Shown piece by piece: positions 18,589-28,536 of a stretch of DNA of 64,000 bases. Position numbers and translations under genes: made by a program. The stretch's first letter is position 1; each line of letters starts with the position of its first letter. The stretch lies in the IMG/VR virus record IMGVR_UViG_3300026521_000527, positions 64,001 to 128,000 of that record. One strand, written 5' to 3'. The notes under the pieces were generated by a model. That model did not search any database. It had not been told where the DNA came from and saw nothing but the letters and a program-made list of their open reading frames with translations. This DNA is from a virus.

Positions 18589-21210
18589 TTATACTTTATT
18601 AAATTCTGGATCTACACCTTTTGCTTGTAGAAATCTATCTAAATCTTTCACATAACTTTTTGCTCCAGTATAAGAATAATAATGCATATTTGCTCGCATG
18701 TTTTTTTCCCGAGATGATGAAACATTACCGTCGTCACTCGATTGTGACGCATGAATTATATCAAGTGCTCCTTTTGCGCCCTGTTGCCAAGCCATATACA
18801 CATTTCTTAAATTCGCAGGTAATCCATGATTATTTAGATATTTAATAATGTACTTTTCGCGTTCAGCGCACATTCTATCCTGATTCTCCGGAGTCCATAT
18901 TTCAGGACTATTTGGATCCAATCCAATTTTTTTAGCGTACTCGTTTGCAGTACCATCTAAAAATTGATACGCTCCTCTAGCACCTGTTGTTGGATTTATC
19001 GCTTCGTATCCTTCAGGAACATTACCCGCAAGTCCAGTTGATTCAACTTTAGCAATTTCCGCACAATAAACTCCAGCTGATATTTTATCTAGAGTTTTTG
19101 ATGAACCATTACCTTCAATTCTAAAAGCTCCAGCAAATTGCTTATCCCAATATGCTACACGATTACCTCCTTTACCAGTAGTGTATCTTTTTTCAATACT
19201 TGCTCCTTTACATGGATTTGATTTGGTACAAGAACTTGCTGGACGATATGGAGTAACTCTAGAACTACTTGCCATAACTTCAGTTTGACTTTTAGCAATC
19301 CCAACATGATGCACTCGATTAATATCAGCAGTTGTAGATAAAAATATAATATCTCCAGCTTGAACTTCATCATAATCTATTGGGGACGCATATCGTCTAC
19401 ACCAATCTGCTTGTGCCTGCGAACCTTTTGGAAAAGCATCTTTTGACATTCTCCCACCATATTTTTTTAAACCAGTTGCTAAACACACAGAGGTCATTAC
19501 AAAACCACTACAATCATACCATCCAGATTCAGCACCACCCCAAAGATATCTAAATCCTTTTTTAATTAAGGCTTCCGCTGTTTTAGCAATATCATTTGAT
19601 GTTCCTTTTATATTCAATTGCCCATTATAAGGAGAACCAGCACCATATATAACACCATTTATAGAAACACTTCCAGTTGATGGATTAATAGTTTCTATTA
19701 TATTATTCTTTAATTTGGATATCTGTTTAGAAATATCTAGAAGTATATTGGTATCTTGAGGTTCAACATTCTCAGTCATTAAGAACTCAATCTTAGCTTT
19801 ACATTTAAATGTTTTTTGATTATCTTCATTATTAGTCTCGCTTTCAAAGAATGAAATAGTTTCGACTACAGTTGGTGTGAAAACCCACTCAATTCTATAA
19901 GCAGGCCCTTTTCTAGCATTTTCAATAACAGTATTATCTTCACTAATAAATTTATCTTTAAAAAGGGCTTTTTTTATATCCAAATGTCCCCAGGCAATAT
20001 TATCCACTTCATAAGTTTCATAATTAGGGTTCATTTCATAATACTTTCTAAAATAACTTAATTGTTTAATTAAATCATTCTCAGATAAAAAAGAATATAT
20101 TCTTTTTACTTTTGGGTTAGGAATTTGCTTAACTTGTAGATGATCCCCACATGAAATATACTTTTCAGTGATTTTATTAATTGATGTTGAATCAATTATG
20201 GTTGGTACATTATCCGATGTCTGGACTAATTGAATTAAAGGATCTTTTGAATTAGATTCAAATTTTAATTTATCAAAATATGGTCTATCCTCTATTTTAC
20301 TGATTTTAAAATATCTAGCTTCGTCCAAATATGTTTGATGTCTAGGTCTAATCAAAGGTGTAAGAAATTTATCTTCTTCCCATGACCGAGGAATATAAAA
20401 ATCAGTTACAATTAGCTCTGTTGAGTTTTTTGAATTTAATGGCAAATCATCTTGAATCCAATTAAAAGGCGTAAGATATGGAGGGTAATTTTTAAAAAAT
20501 TCTTCTAGAATTTTAAAATTATTATCTGATTTAAATACATAACCGCTTGTTGGAATAGAGGTTGATATTGTTTTTAAATCGGTTGAACTATCATTCATGT
20601 AAATAAGATGAGTTGAGTTCGAACTCAACTCATCTGAATTTTCTATATAATCACCATAACCTTCGGTTCCCATTTTAGGAGATACTTTTGAACCATAATT
20701 AGTGTATGTTTCTAAAAATATTTGCTCTATGTGTCCGAGCAAAAATATACGTGGATTTGATTTACCATATTTAAGACTGGTTTGACTAGTAAACCCAAAA
20801 TTATTTTCAAGAAGCATTCTTCCAAGAGTCCAAGATATAAGTCTTAAGTTCACAGAGTATAAATTATTTCCACCAATTCTTTTCGTTTCAATTTTTCCCA
20901 TCTCCTCAATTTTAAAAACATTACTACTTGATGAAAGATTCGTGGTATCTGTATTGTCTTTTTCATGAATATAACCAGATGTTATTGTAATTGATATTGA
21001 ACACCCACCGGATGTAATTATATTTAACTGATCTATAGTTAATAATTTTAATTCTAGATATAGTTCAGTTTTATGAGATTCATAAGACTTTAAAACTCTA
21101 AGTTCATTGATGTTGTAATGAGTTAAATCAAACTCTTTTATTTGGCCATTTTCTTTTGAATCTATAACTTCATGAATCTTAATTTTCAGATCATTAAAAT
21201 AGGCTTGCAT
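18589..21210 (-). CDS. Tail/baseplate-associated peptidoglycan hydrolase (NlpC/P60 + lysozyme-like domains)
   Basis: YLWGG...YDCSGFV, GDIIF, HHVGI (NlpC/P60); ES.G..Y.AIN..TGARGAYQFL, PENQD, AWQQG (lysozyme-like); long N-terminal region. Confidence 0.8.
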   Translation of the reverse strand: MQAYFNDLKIKIHEVIDSKENGQIKEFDLTHYNINELRVLKSYESHKTELYLELKLLTIDQLNIITSGGCSISITITSGYIHEKDNTDTTNLSSSSNVFKIEEMGKIETKRIGGNNLYSVNLRLISWTLGRMLLENNFGFTSQTSLKYGKSNPRIFLLGHIEQIFLETYTNYGSKVSPKMGTEGYGDYIENSDELSSNSTHLIYMNDSSTDLKTISTSIPTSGYVFKSDNNFKILEEFFKNYPPYLTPFNWIQDDLPLNSKNSTELIVTDFYIPRSWEEDKFLTPLIRPRHQTYLDEARYFKISKIEDRPYFDKLKFESNSKDPLIQLVQTSDNVPTIIDSTSINKITEKYISCGDHLQVKQIPNPKVKRIYSFLSENDLIKQLSYFRKYYEMNPNYETYEVDNIAWGHLDIKKALFKDKFISEDNTVIENARKGPAYRIEWVFTPTVVETISFFESETNNEDNQKTFKCKAKIEFLMTENVEPQDTNILLDISKQISKLKNNIIETINPSTGSVSINGVIYGAGSPYNGQLNIKGTSNDIAKTAEALIKKGFRYLWGGAESGWYDCSGFVMTSVCLATGLKKYGGRMSKDAFPKGSQAQADWCRRYASPIDYDEVQAGDIIFLSTTADINRVHHVGIAKSQTEVMASSSRVTPYRPASSCTKSNPCKGASIEKRYTTGKGGNRVAYWDKQFAGAFRIEGNGSSKTLDKISAGVYCAEIAKVESTGLAGNVPEGYEAINPTTGARGAYQFLDGTANEYAKKIGLDPNSPEIWTPENQDRMCAEREKYIIKYLNNHGLPANLRNVYMAWQQGAKGALDIIHASQSSDDGNVSSSREKNMRANMHYYSYTGAKSYVKDLDRFLQAKGVDPEFNKV

Positions 21211-21222
21211 ATTAATTCACCT

Positions 21223-22053
21223 TTAATCTAATTGTCTATCTATATGAATCCTAGGGCTGTATGTTATACCAAGTGATAGTGCTTTTCTGCTAGTTGCATC
21301 CATTGATTTTTTCCAAACGGTGCTATCTTTATCCAGAGGATCATTTGGTGTAAACGGCATTAAGATTATATTTTTTTTTGGAACATTTAATTCCTCAGTC
21401 AGATATTTTATAAACATCTGAGTAGTATTAAATGAAATTGATTCATCAGTGTAATCATAAATAAATTTATAGAATACATTATATTGACGAAGATATGAGT
21501 TTATATTATTAAAAACATTAAAGTACATAGCATTGACTTCAGCTTGAGTTAGTTGATCCTCATAACAACTGGTTGCGTTTATTTTTGGAGATATTGTTAA
21601 GGTTGGAGTTACTCCTAAATCATGAATAATTTCATTAAATGATTTTATTAAAGCCAAACAATTCTTTTCATCACTTAAAAGGTTTCCATTTGACTCAATT
21701 CCAAGGAATTCAAAATGTTTAAAATTTACCGAGTCTGCAGTTCTAAATATATCTGGAAACCACTCCATAAAATGTAATGGTTCACCACCAGTGATCGTTA
21801 ATCTCTCAGGAGATACTTTTTCAAGTTCTTTTGCCATATCGATCATCAATTTACGGTCATCAAATGCTTTATATTGAGGAGCATCACCCCATGAGAATTT
21901 AGTATCACAGAAAGAACAAGCTGCCGAATAACAACCAGCTAACCTTAAATATAAACTAGGCTCTCCTATTGAATTTCCTTCACCTTCTAATGAAATAAAC
22001 CACTGAGATATTTTTGGAGCAATTACTGACTGGTTAAAATTTAATTCTTTCAT
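21223..22053 (-). CDS. queE: 7-carboxy-7-deazaguanine synthase (radical SAM)
   Basis: SLEGEG..IGEP..YLRLAGC....CSFCDT, TITGGEP, IESNG, SPK, SPRIH. Confidence 0.92.
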   Translation of the reverse strand: MKELNFNQSVIAPKISQWFISLEGEGNSIGEPSLYLRLAGCYSAACSFCDTKFSWGDAPQYKAFDDRKLMIDMAKELEKVSPERLTITGGEPLHFMEWFPDIFRTADSVNFKHFEFLGIESNGNLLSDEKNCLALIKSFNEIIHDLGVTPTLTISPKINATSCYEDQLTQAEVNAMYFNVFNNINSYLRQYNVFYKFIYDYTDESISFNTTQMFIKYLTEELNVPKKNIILMPFTPNDPLDKDSTVWKKSMDATSRKALSLGITYSPRIHIDRQLD

Positions 22054-22094
22054 ATTTTTCCTTTTATATTATTATTTAATTTATTTAAAAAATG

Positions 22095-22126
22095 ATTAAT
22101 GAGTGAGTCTAGACTCACTCATTAAT
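22095..22126. repeat. Perfect 32-bp loopless palindrome overlapping the polB-exo stop codon
   Basis: attaatgagtgagtct|agactcactcattaat; a T-run follows on the minus strand, so it is terminator-like. Confidence 0.95.
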
Positions 22127-23162
22127 CCAATAAAGGAAAGAATATTTCCCTATTGAATTTTTTGACACGAGTTATTTTAGACTGTTTTGTATAAATTAAA
22201 TTATTTCTATAACTATACATTCTGCTTCTTCCAGAGACTGCCGCACTCATTGGACTTGTATTATATTTAGTCAACATCCAAACCTGCTCCATAAATTCTA
22301 ATTTTTCATCAATTTTAAATGTCAAAATAGTATCTAGAAGGTTGTATGTTAAAAATCGAACTATGTTGTTTATGTACTCATAATTCATATCCTCCAAATC
22401 CAATTTTGTAATTCCAAGTTCTTGCATTGCTACAGTACCCAATTTATAATTTGGTAATGATGAACCGAGACCGCTTCCACCTTGATCAACTGGTTTATAT
22501 AATTTTAATAGATCAATTAATAGATAATCCGGCCAATCATAATTATTATCTGAGAATTTATGAACCTCATTAAATTCAGAAATAAAACTATAAATGCTAT
22601 CGCCTGCTAATCTATGTCCTCTGTTTACAACATAAGGGTCATCAAAAATACTACTATTAAACCCAATAAGAAAAAGAGGATTATTACTCCGAGTATCTAA
22701 GAAGAACTCTTTTAAGAGTTCTTCTTCACTCTGAAATGTTCTAATTTCTAACTCCATTCCAGGAACTTCATAAACCGGATTTTCTTTAATTAATTCATTA
22801 TATAATTCTTGAACCCCAGTTTTTAATACACTTGCTTCTGTTATATTTGAATTATATGGTGTACAATAAATAATAGCTTTATTTAATAAGTTATTATACA
22901 CTGCAATTGAATTAACAGGATAGTCAACTCTTACCGCATCAGGAAATACCTCAGGATCATAATGAACCTCAATATCATAATATGACTTATTAAGTGTTTT
23001 TTTGACTGGATCGCTCTCCTTAAACTTAGTCATGAAATCTTGAAATTCACTCTCATCTGGGCTCAATTCTAGATTATAAAACTGGTGAAATTTTAATTCA
23101 CCAGTTTTAAGTGACTGCATCATCTTATAAAGATCGCCAGAATTTAATTTATATTTATCCAT
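22122..23162 (-). CDS. polB: Family B DNA polymerase, N-terminal 3'-5' exonuclease fragment
   Basis: YDIEV (Exo I), IGFNSSIFDDPY (Exo II), IDLL.LYK, YKLGTVA..EL, YNLLD (Exo III). Confidence 0.87.
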   Translation of the reverse strand: MDKYKLNSGDLYKMMQSLKTGELKFHQFYNLELSPDESEFQDFMTKFKESDPVKKTLNKSYYDIEVHYDPEVFPDAVRVDYPVNSIAVYNNLLNKAIIYCTPYNSNITEASVLKTGVQELYNELIKENPVYEVPGMELEIRTFQSEEELLKEFFLDTRSNNPLFLIGFNSSIFDDPYVVNRGHRLAGDSIYSFISEFNEVHKFSDNNYDWPDYLLIDLLKLYKPVDQGGSGLGSSLPNYKLGTVAMQELGITKLDLEDMNYEYINNIVRFLTYNLLDTILTFKIDEKLEFMEQVWMLTKYNTSPMSAAVSGRSRMYSYRNNLIYTKQSKITRVKKFNREIFFPLLD

Positions 23163-23176
23163 TTATATAAACTCTT

Positions 23177-23986
23177 CTAGAATAATTTATTTTTTAATTG
23201 AGTTATTTTTGACTCAATTGAAGTTATTAAATCATTAATCTCGTCATCTTTCGTATTTTTAAATTCGTCCAGAATATTTGGATGAACTTTAAGTATATTT
23301 TTTAAGGTTTTGGTGTAGCTGTATGATTTGGGACTCTTTTGAGTGCTTTGTAACTCATCATAAGAATATTTATCAACCAACTCAATATATAAGTCTGATG
23401 GTATTTCAATATCCCCGACAATAATATGAGTAGCCAGTCCTCGTTGACACATTTCATAAGCACCGAAATATAAATCATTACCCGATAATATATTATTGAT
23501 CTCATCGGAAGTTAATTGTGGAACCAACTCGTCTATTATATCAAAAGTTAATTTATTATAATATTCAGTATATGAAGTAATCACTTGTCCTCTTCCAGAT
23601 ACAGTTGATTTATAATTATGAAACATTAATGTACTTGATTCATATATTACTCTTTTTTCTCCAATCATGAAGATATATGCTGCCGCGCTCATCGCCTCCG
23701 GATTAATTTTAGTAATTATTCTTGCACCAGTGTTTTGGAACTCATTTATCAATCTATATGCTTCATCCATATAACCCCCAGGCGAAGCAAGATTTAACTC
23801 AATTATATCTTTAGATTGTATTTCTTTAATATTTTTAATTATATTAAATAAACTAACTCTTGACCCCTCAAGCTCATGAATATAAAAGGAGTGAATTTTT
23901 ACATCATGATTTTGAATTAAGCCAATGTTATTTTGATTATAGCTATGAAAACACTCTTTATCAGAATATGTATCTTTTCTCGCCAT
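23177..23986 (-). CDS. clpP: ClpP-like serine protease
   Basis: LASPGGY, AMSAAAYIFMIG, LMFH, DLYF.A.E....GL. Confidence 0.8.
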   Translation of the reverse strand: MARKDTYSDKECFHSYNQNNIGLIQNHDVKIHSFYIHELEGSRVSLFNIIKNIKEIQSKDIIELNLASPGGYMDEAYRLINEFQNTGARIITKINPEAMSAAAYIFMIGEKRVIYESSTLMFHNYKSTVSGRGQVITSYTEYYNKLTFDIIDELVPQLTSDEINNILSGNDLYFGAYEMCQRGLATHIIVGDIEIPSDLYIELVDKYSYDELQSTQKSPKSYSYTKTLKNILKVHPNILDEFKNTKDDEINDLITSIESKITQLKNKLF

Positions 23987-23990
23987 ATTT

Positions 23991-24461
23991 TTAATCCTTT
24001 ATTAAATCTTGAATTGCTGACGCCAGATCTCTTATCTCCCATAAAGCATCTTTAGAAGTTCTAAGCTTAATAAAATTATCTAGTTTGTCGTGACTAATTG
24101 TCATAGTTAAAGTTGTTTTGTAACTCTCAGGTAAAGCGTATTTAATTTTATCATTGGATTTATTTTGAAGAATTAATTTTCTGACATTTTCGAGTGCCGA
24201 AATACTGGCTCGATCAATTTCAACATCTCCTGTCATAACTAGATATTTTTCAGCCCTGATAAAATCATCTGGTTTCTTTTTTTTAAATTTATCTTCCATC
24301 TTCAATTCTTTTAAAGTATATCTGGTTGATTTTACACTGAAGACAGCTTCATGCCTAACTATCTCTTGCAGACATCCTCTAGAAATACCCTCAATAAAAA
24401 AAGTGTAAAATCCAAAATTAGATGAGTCATCACCTATAAAATGTTTTAATGTTATTTTCAT
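23991..24461 (-). CDS. thyX: Flavin-dependent thymidylate synthase, copy carrying the central/C-terminal motifs
   Basis: YTFFIEGISRGCLQEIVRH...SVKSTRY, LPESYKT, LRTS..ALWEIR. Start moved to MKITL, which follows GGAG. Confidence 0.85.
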   Translation of the reverse strand: MKITLKHFIGDDSSNFGFYTFFIEGISRGCLQEIVRHEAVFSVKSTRYTLKELKMEDKFKKKKPDDFIRAEKYLVMTGDVEIDRASISALENVRKLILQNKSNDKIKYALPESYKTTLTMTISHDKLDNFIKLRTSKDALWEIRDLASAIQDLIKD

Positions 24462-24462
24462 T

Positions 24463-25053
24463 CTATTCTCCCTCAAAATATTCTTTATATAATTCATCTA
24501 TTTTCTTTTCGATTGGAAACACACCAACTTTACCAAATAATATTACAGTACCATCAACAACTTCTATTTTTTTATCATTTGAGTCAGTAATAACTCCACT
24601 TTCATAAAAATTATATTTATTTCCTTCTATGTCAATTATTTTTTTATTTATCAATAATTGAATAATTTCAGAATAATCATATAAATCTACAATTAAATCC
24701 CCTAAAATTTTTTTATTTTGGTATAATGTTCTTGCATTTATGACACCAACTTTCGTCGATTGATTATAAAAACTATACTGATCGGTTTTTAAGAACTCAA
24801 TTATACTTTTTTGAGCTGCATTAATAGATGGGTTATTATATGAACTATCTATATTTAATTTAAAAATTATATTCAGATGAGCAAGTATAGAGAAATGTTT
24901 AAATTTTTTACCAACTCTTACAATGAGTTTTTTATCACTCTCTCCTATGGTATCACATACAGAATCAGATTTTGAAAAACTATCCCAACATGTTCTTGTG
25001 GCATTAGCCGCAACAATCAAAGGTGTCTCTTTTAATAGTGTAAAATTTTTCAT
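24463..25053 (-). CDS. ThyX-like protein carrying only the N-terminal ThyX segment
   Basis: TPL..AANATRTCWDSF...D..LI.RVG.KFKH.S.L.HLN and INARTL; lacks the RH...S.RY motif. Confidence 0.7.
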   Translation of the reverse strand: MKNFTLLKETPLIVAANATRTCWDSFSKSDSVCDTIGESDKKLIVRVGKKFKHFSILAHLNIIFKLNIDSSYNNPSINAAQKSIIEFLKTDQYSFYNQSTKVGVINARTLYQNKKILGDLIVDLYDYSEIIQLLINKKIIDIEGNKYNFYESGVITDSNDKKIEVVDGTVILFGKVGVFPIEKKIDELYKEYFEGE

Positions 25054-25073
25054 CTATTTCCTTTTTATTTTTA

Positions 25074-26054
25074 TTATGAATTACGATGCGACATAAACTC
25101 AATATTATTTCGCCTAGTTTCATCAGAAAATATCTTTTGAAACTGATCAATTTTTTTATCAAGATTAAATTCTATAATTGACTTTAAATCAAATTTAATA
25201 TCGATTTCTTTAAAAACCTCGAAAACATTTTTAATTTCATCATCGGTCATATCTACTGGGAATGAAATTGTTTTTAATTTATGATTAATATCCTCCTTTT
25301 GAATTTGGTATTTAGTCTTACTTGGATGTTCGTCATAATACTGCAATAATCTTGATGGGTTTATAATTAACTGAACTTGAAATAAACTCTCACCTGGCCG
25401 CAAAACATCCCTAAATAAATAATTATAGAGCATCGCACCAATTACTTGTGGAGGTACCTGTTTGTATTTATTATTAGACCATTTTTTCGGTATACCAAAG
25501 TCAGTAAAATGTTTCTGTTGAACTGATTTTATAATTCTATTTAAGTATTTTTTATAAATTCTTCCATATATCTCTTTATAAAGAGTATCTTCATCCTGAA
25601 TTGATAAATCAAGGAGTACTTTTTTATAAATTTCAGTCAATAAATCAAAAACTATTCGAGTACTATCAGACTTAAGAATTTGACCACCTGTTTTCTTAAG
25701 AGCTAAATTTTCAAATAATTTTCCTTCATCATACATCTTTGCCATTCCGTAATTTTTTTTAGTATTATACATTGCCCGTGCGGCGATAATCTCACTCTTA
25801 AAAAACATATGATTATATTTTGGATTAACATTACCAAATTTTTCGACGGTTTCTGTAAAAATATCCCGATATATTTTATTAATATCCTCGGCCATATCCA
25901 GACAAAATTTTACGGTCCTATTTAAATCATCCAATTTATTAAATGGTATTTTAGACTGGGAGTAAGATGAATCTGTATCCCCATATAAAGACCATTCACT
26001 GAAGTCAATTGTTTCAATAAACCCAGGTTGTATTAAGTTATTTAAAACATTCAA
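25074..26054 (-). CDS. polB: Family B DNA polymerase, C-terminal fragment (motif C + thumb)
   Basis: LYGDTDS, FKSEII, KKNYG, TGGQILKSD; own RBS (GAGGAG). Confidence 0.9.
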   Translation of the reverse strand: MNVLNNLIQPGFIETIDFSEWSLYGDTDSSYSQSKIPFNKLDDLNRTVKFCLDMAEDINKIYRDIFTETVEKFGNVNPKYNHMFFKSEIIAARAMYNTKKNYGMAKMYDEGKLFENLALKKTGGQILKSDSTRIVFDLLTEIYKKVLLDLSIQDEDTLYKEIYGRIYKKYLNRIIKSVQQKHFTDFGIPKKWSNNKYKQVPPQVIGAMLYNYLFRDVLRPGESLFQVQLIINPSRLLQYYDEHPSKTKYQIQKEDINHKLKTISFPVDMTDDEIKNVFEVFKEIDIKFDLKSIIEFNLDKKIDQFQKIFSDETRRNNIEFMSHRNS

Positions 26055-28512
26055 TAATTTCTCCTCGAATACTATTTTTTAGTATTAATTTAATACCATG
26101 AATTAAGTTATTTAATTCATCATTTATATATCCATCTTTAAATGAATCCATATTTTTGATATTTTTAATAGAATCAACTGGAATCGATCTATTTAATATT
26201 CTAATACAGTTTGAAGTATTTACATTATATCTATACTCTTCTAGAATATTTGGGCAGCCGATTGTTCGAGAGGTTTTAAAGAGATTATCAGATATAAATC
26301 TTTTGAATTCATTATCTGGTAGAGTTCTTTGGAACTCAATTAGCCAAAAATCTAAAATTGATTGATATACTAAATTATTTAACTTTTCATATAGACTATT
26401 ATTATCTGTAAATTTCGTAAATTCATTGACCTCCTGTTTTTGGATTAGGTTGAGTTCCGAAGAACTCAACCTTAATAAATTTTTTGGAAGAGTTAGCCTA
26501 TTGCTGTTGGATAATTTTAATAAGTTTTGAATGGTGTTTTCTGGATCGAAAACACCATTCACATCATACGATAGTATGAAATCTCTTGCCACTAATATAG
26601 ACGAATCATAGTCATCTATTATTTCCTTAAATTCATTCTGAATGGATAACGGCAATGTAAAAAAATTAAAATTATAAAATATATTGCCTAAAATATTGGA
26701 TAACTCACAACCATACTTATTTAAAAAATCATAGGATATCAGTTTATTAATAAACTCATCTCGATTGGAATTAATAAATTCGTCAAGTAATTGTGGTTTA
26801 ATTTTCATAGTTCTATAGTCACCAGCATTCAAAAATATAATATTTTTTGAATAGTTGTCCTCAATTATTTTTTTAATTAAAGCAAATTCTTTCATAAAAT
26901 CATCTTGTTTGTATTTTATAGAATTCATTAAATATTTATTATCTGAATACCTAATAACAACCAAGTCATTGGTATTTATTTTAATTTTATCGTTTTGAAC
27001 ATCATCTATTTTTATTTGACTGACCTGTTTTAAATCATCGTCTAAAATAACATTAAAACCAGATTTTTTTAGGAATCTATAGACAAGATGAATCATTAAG
27101 TTATTCTTCGAGCTAAAAATAACAACAGCTTCTGAATTCTGATTAGCCAATTTTTTAATATTTTTTGATACACGATTGAGTTCTTTTTGACTCAAAAGCA
27201 CAATAATTTTTTGATTTTTAAGATGATGCCATAACATCGTATCAATAAATCGCCCCAAGGTTTCTACATCATTTGAATATAATTTTATGAATCGATTTCC
27301 ATTAAGTAAATGCCTGCAATAACTATATTCATCATTGAGCATTTTAGACAAGATTCTAATAAAATGATTCTTATTGAATACATTCAATGTGTCTAAAATA
27401 TTATCCGATAGTTTAGTAATATTTTGCAGGAATGTTCTATCAGATATTTTGGAAAATTTATTAGAAATGTTCTCATATAAGAAAACAAGTCTATCGAATG
27501 ATTTTTCATAAGGACATTGAGTCATAAATAAATCAATATTTTCCTTCAAATAATTATCCAATTCATCAATATATTCATCAATTCCTTTAGAATAACCATC
27601 GTCAGTAAACTCGATTTCTCTGAAATTGAATTTATTGAAAATGTAATTTTCATTTGCCCAGATATTATCAAAAAGTTTTATATATTGTGCATCTATTTTA
27701 TTTTCAATTCTAGAGTTCAAAAAAAACATATTCTCTGATTCTGGTTGGACAAAGACTTCAAATCTATTTTGCAAGATTGCCCGATGAGTAATCTCTCTAA
27801 TATTATTATAACCACCACAGAATTGATTTATATTAATTTCGAATTCAATATCTTCCGAATTTATAAAATTTAATAACCGATCATAGAATTCATACCCAGA
27901 TATATCATAAATTTTGAAATTTTCTGGCAATTCAAAATATTCAAAATATGATTTAAATAATAATAGATAATATAATTGATTATCTTCAAAATCGTCAAAA
28001 AAAGAATCTGAATTTTGAATTATATCCACATGCGTGCGCTGAAACATTTTTGATTCAATGTAAAGAAAACCAGGACTATGAAAATTATCAGTTATTGTAT
28101 CACTATTTGATTGAATGAATAAATTAATTTTATTATTCGATATTGAAATTTCAGTGAATTTTTTTTCTTGCGAATCCATTGCGTAAAAATTAATATTACT
28201 TGAATACACCAAAGTATTCAAAAGATCAATTAAATCACTTTCTAATGATTGATCTAATACCTCATCAATTAAATTTTGAAGATTAAAATAAAATACGGGT
28301 AATTTCAAAATTAACTGATTTTTAGTAATTTTAATTTCTAATTGATCATCTTTGAATATTTTGGATGCAATTTTAAATATCCTCATGAATAAAAAATCAT
28401 TATTTTGGATATATTTTCCAGGCTCAATTGATTTAGAAAAATACCCACAAAACATATTATTATTATCAACTTGTGGTTGAAATTTATAAGGGAATGATCC
28501 AATTTTTTTCAT
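26038..28512 (-). CDS. Large hypothetical protein
   Basis: 824-aa ORF; no motif recognised with confidence. Confidence 0.7.
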   Translation of the reverse strand: MKKIGSFPYKFQPQVDNNNMFCGYFSKSIEPGKYIQNNDFLFMRIFKIASKIFKDDQLEIKITKNQLILKLPVFYFNLQNLIDEVLDQSLESDLIDLLNTLVYSSNINFYAMDSQEKKFTEISISNNKINLFIQSNSDTITDNFHSPGFLYIESKMFQRTHVDIIQNSDSFFDDFEDNQLYYLLLFKSYFEYFELPENFKIYDISGYEFYDRLLNFINSEDIEFEININQFCGGYNNIREITHRAILQNRFEVFVQPESENMFFLNSRIENKIDAQYIKLFDNIWANENYIFNKFNFREIEFTDDGYSKGIDEYIDELDNYLKENIDLFMTQCPYEKSFDRLVFLYENISNKFSKISDRTFLQNITKLSDNILDTLNVFNKNHFIRILSKMLNDEYSYCRHLLNGNRFIKLYSNDVETLGRFIDTMLWHHLKNQKIIVLLSQKELNRVSKNIKKLANQNSEAVVIFSSKNNLMIHLVYRFLKKSGFNVILDDDLKQVSQIKIDDVQNDKIKINTNDLVVIRYSDNKYLMNSIKYKQDDFMKEFALIKKIIEDNYSKNIIFLNAGDYRTMKIKPQLLDEFINSNRDEFINKLISYDFLNKYGCELSNILGNIFYNFNFFTLPLSIQNEFKEIIDDYDSSILVARDFILSYDVNGVFDPENTIQNLLKLSNSNRLTLPKNLLRLSSSELNLIQKQEVNEFTKFTDNNSLYEKLNNLVYQSILDFWLIEFQRTLPDNEFKRFISDNLFKTSRTIGCPNILEEYRYNVNTSNCIRILNRSIPVDSIKNIKNMDSFKDGYINDELNNLIHGIKLILKNSIRGEIIECFK

Positions 28513-28536
28513 TTAAATCCTTTTAATTATTAAACT

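Noticed and set aside
3101-26054. Split inteins or introns joining the polB pieces
   Set aside because: No Cys/Ser-initiated intein N-part at the fragment ends, no His-Asn-Cys/Ser/Thr junction at the starts, no group I/II core seen, and the gene order is non-colinear.
26038-28512. Helicase or sigma-like RNAP subunit assignment for the 824-aa ORF
   Set aside because: No Walker A/B, DExH or recognisable sigma motifs; left as hypothetical.
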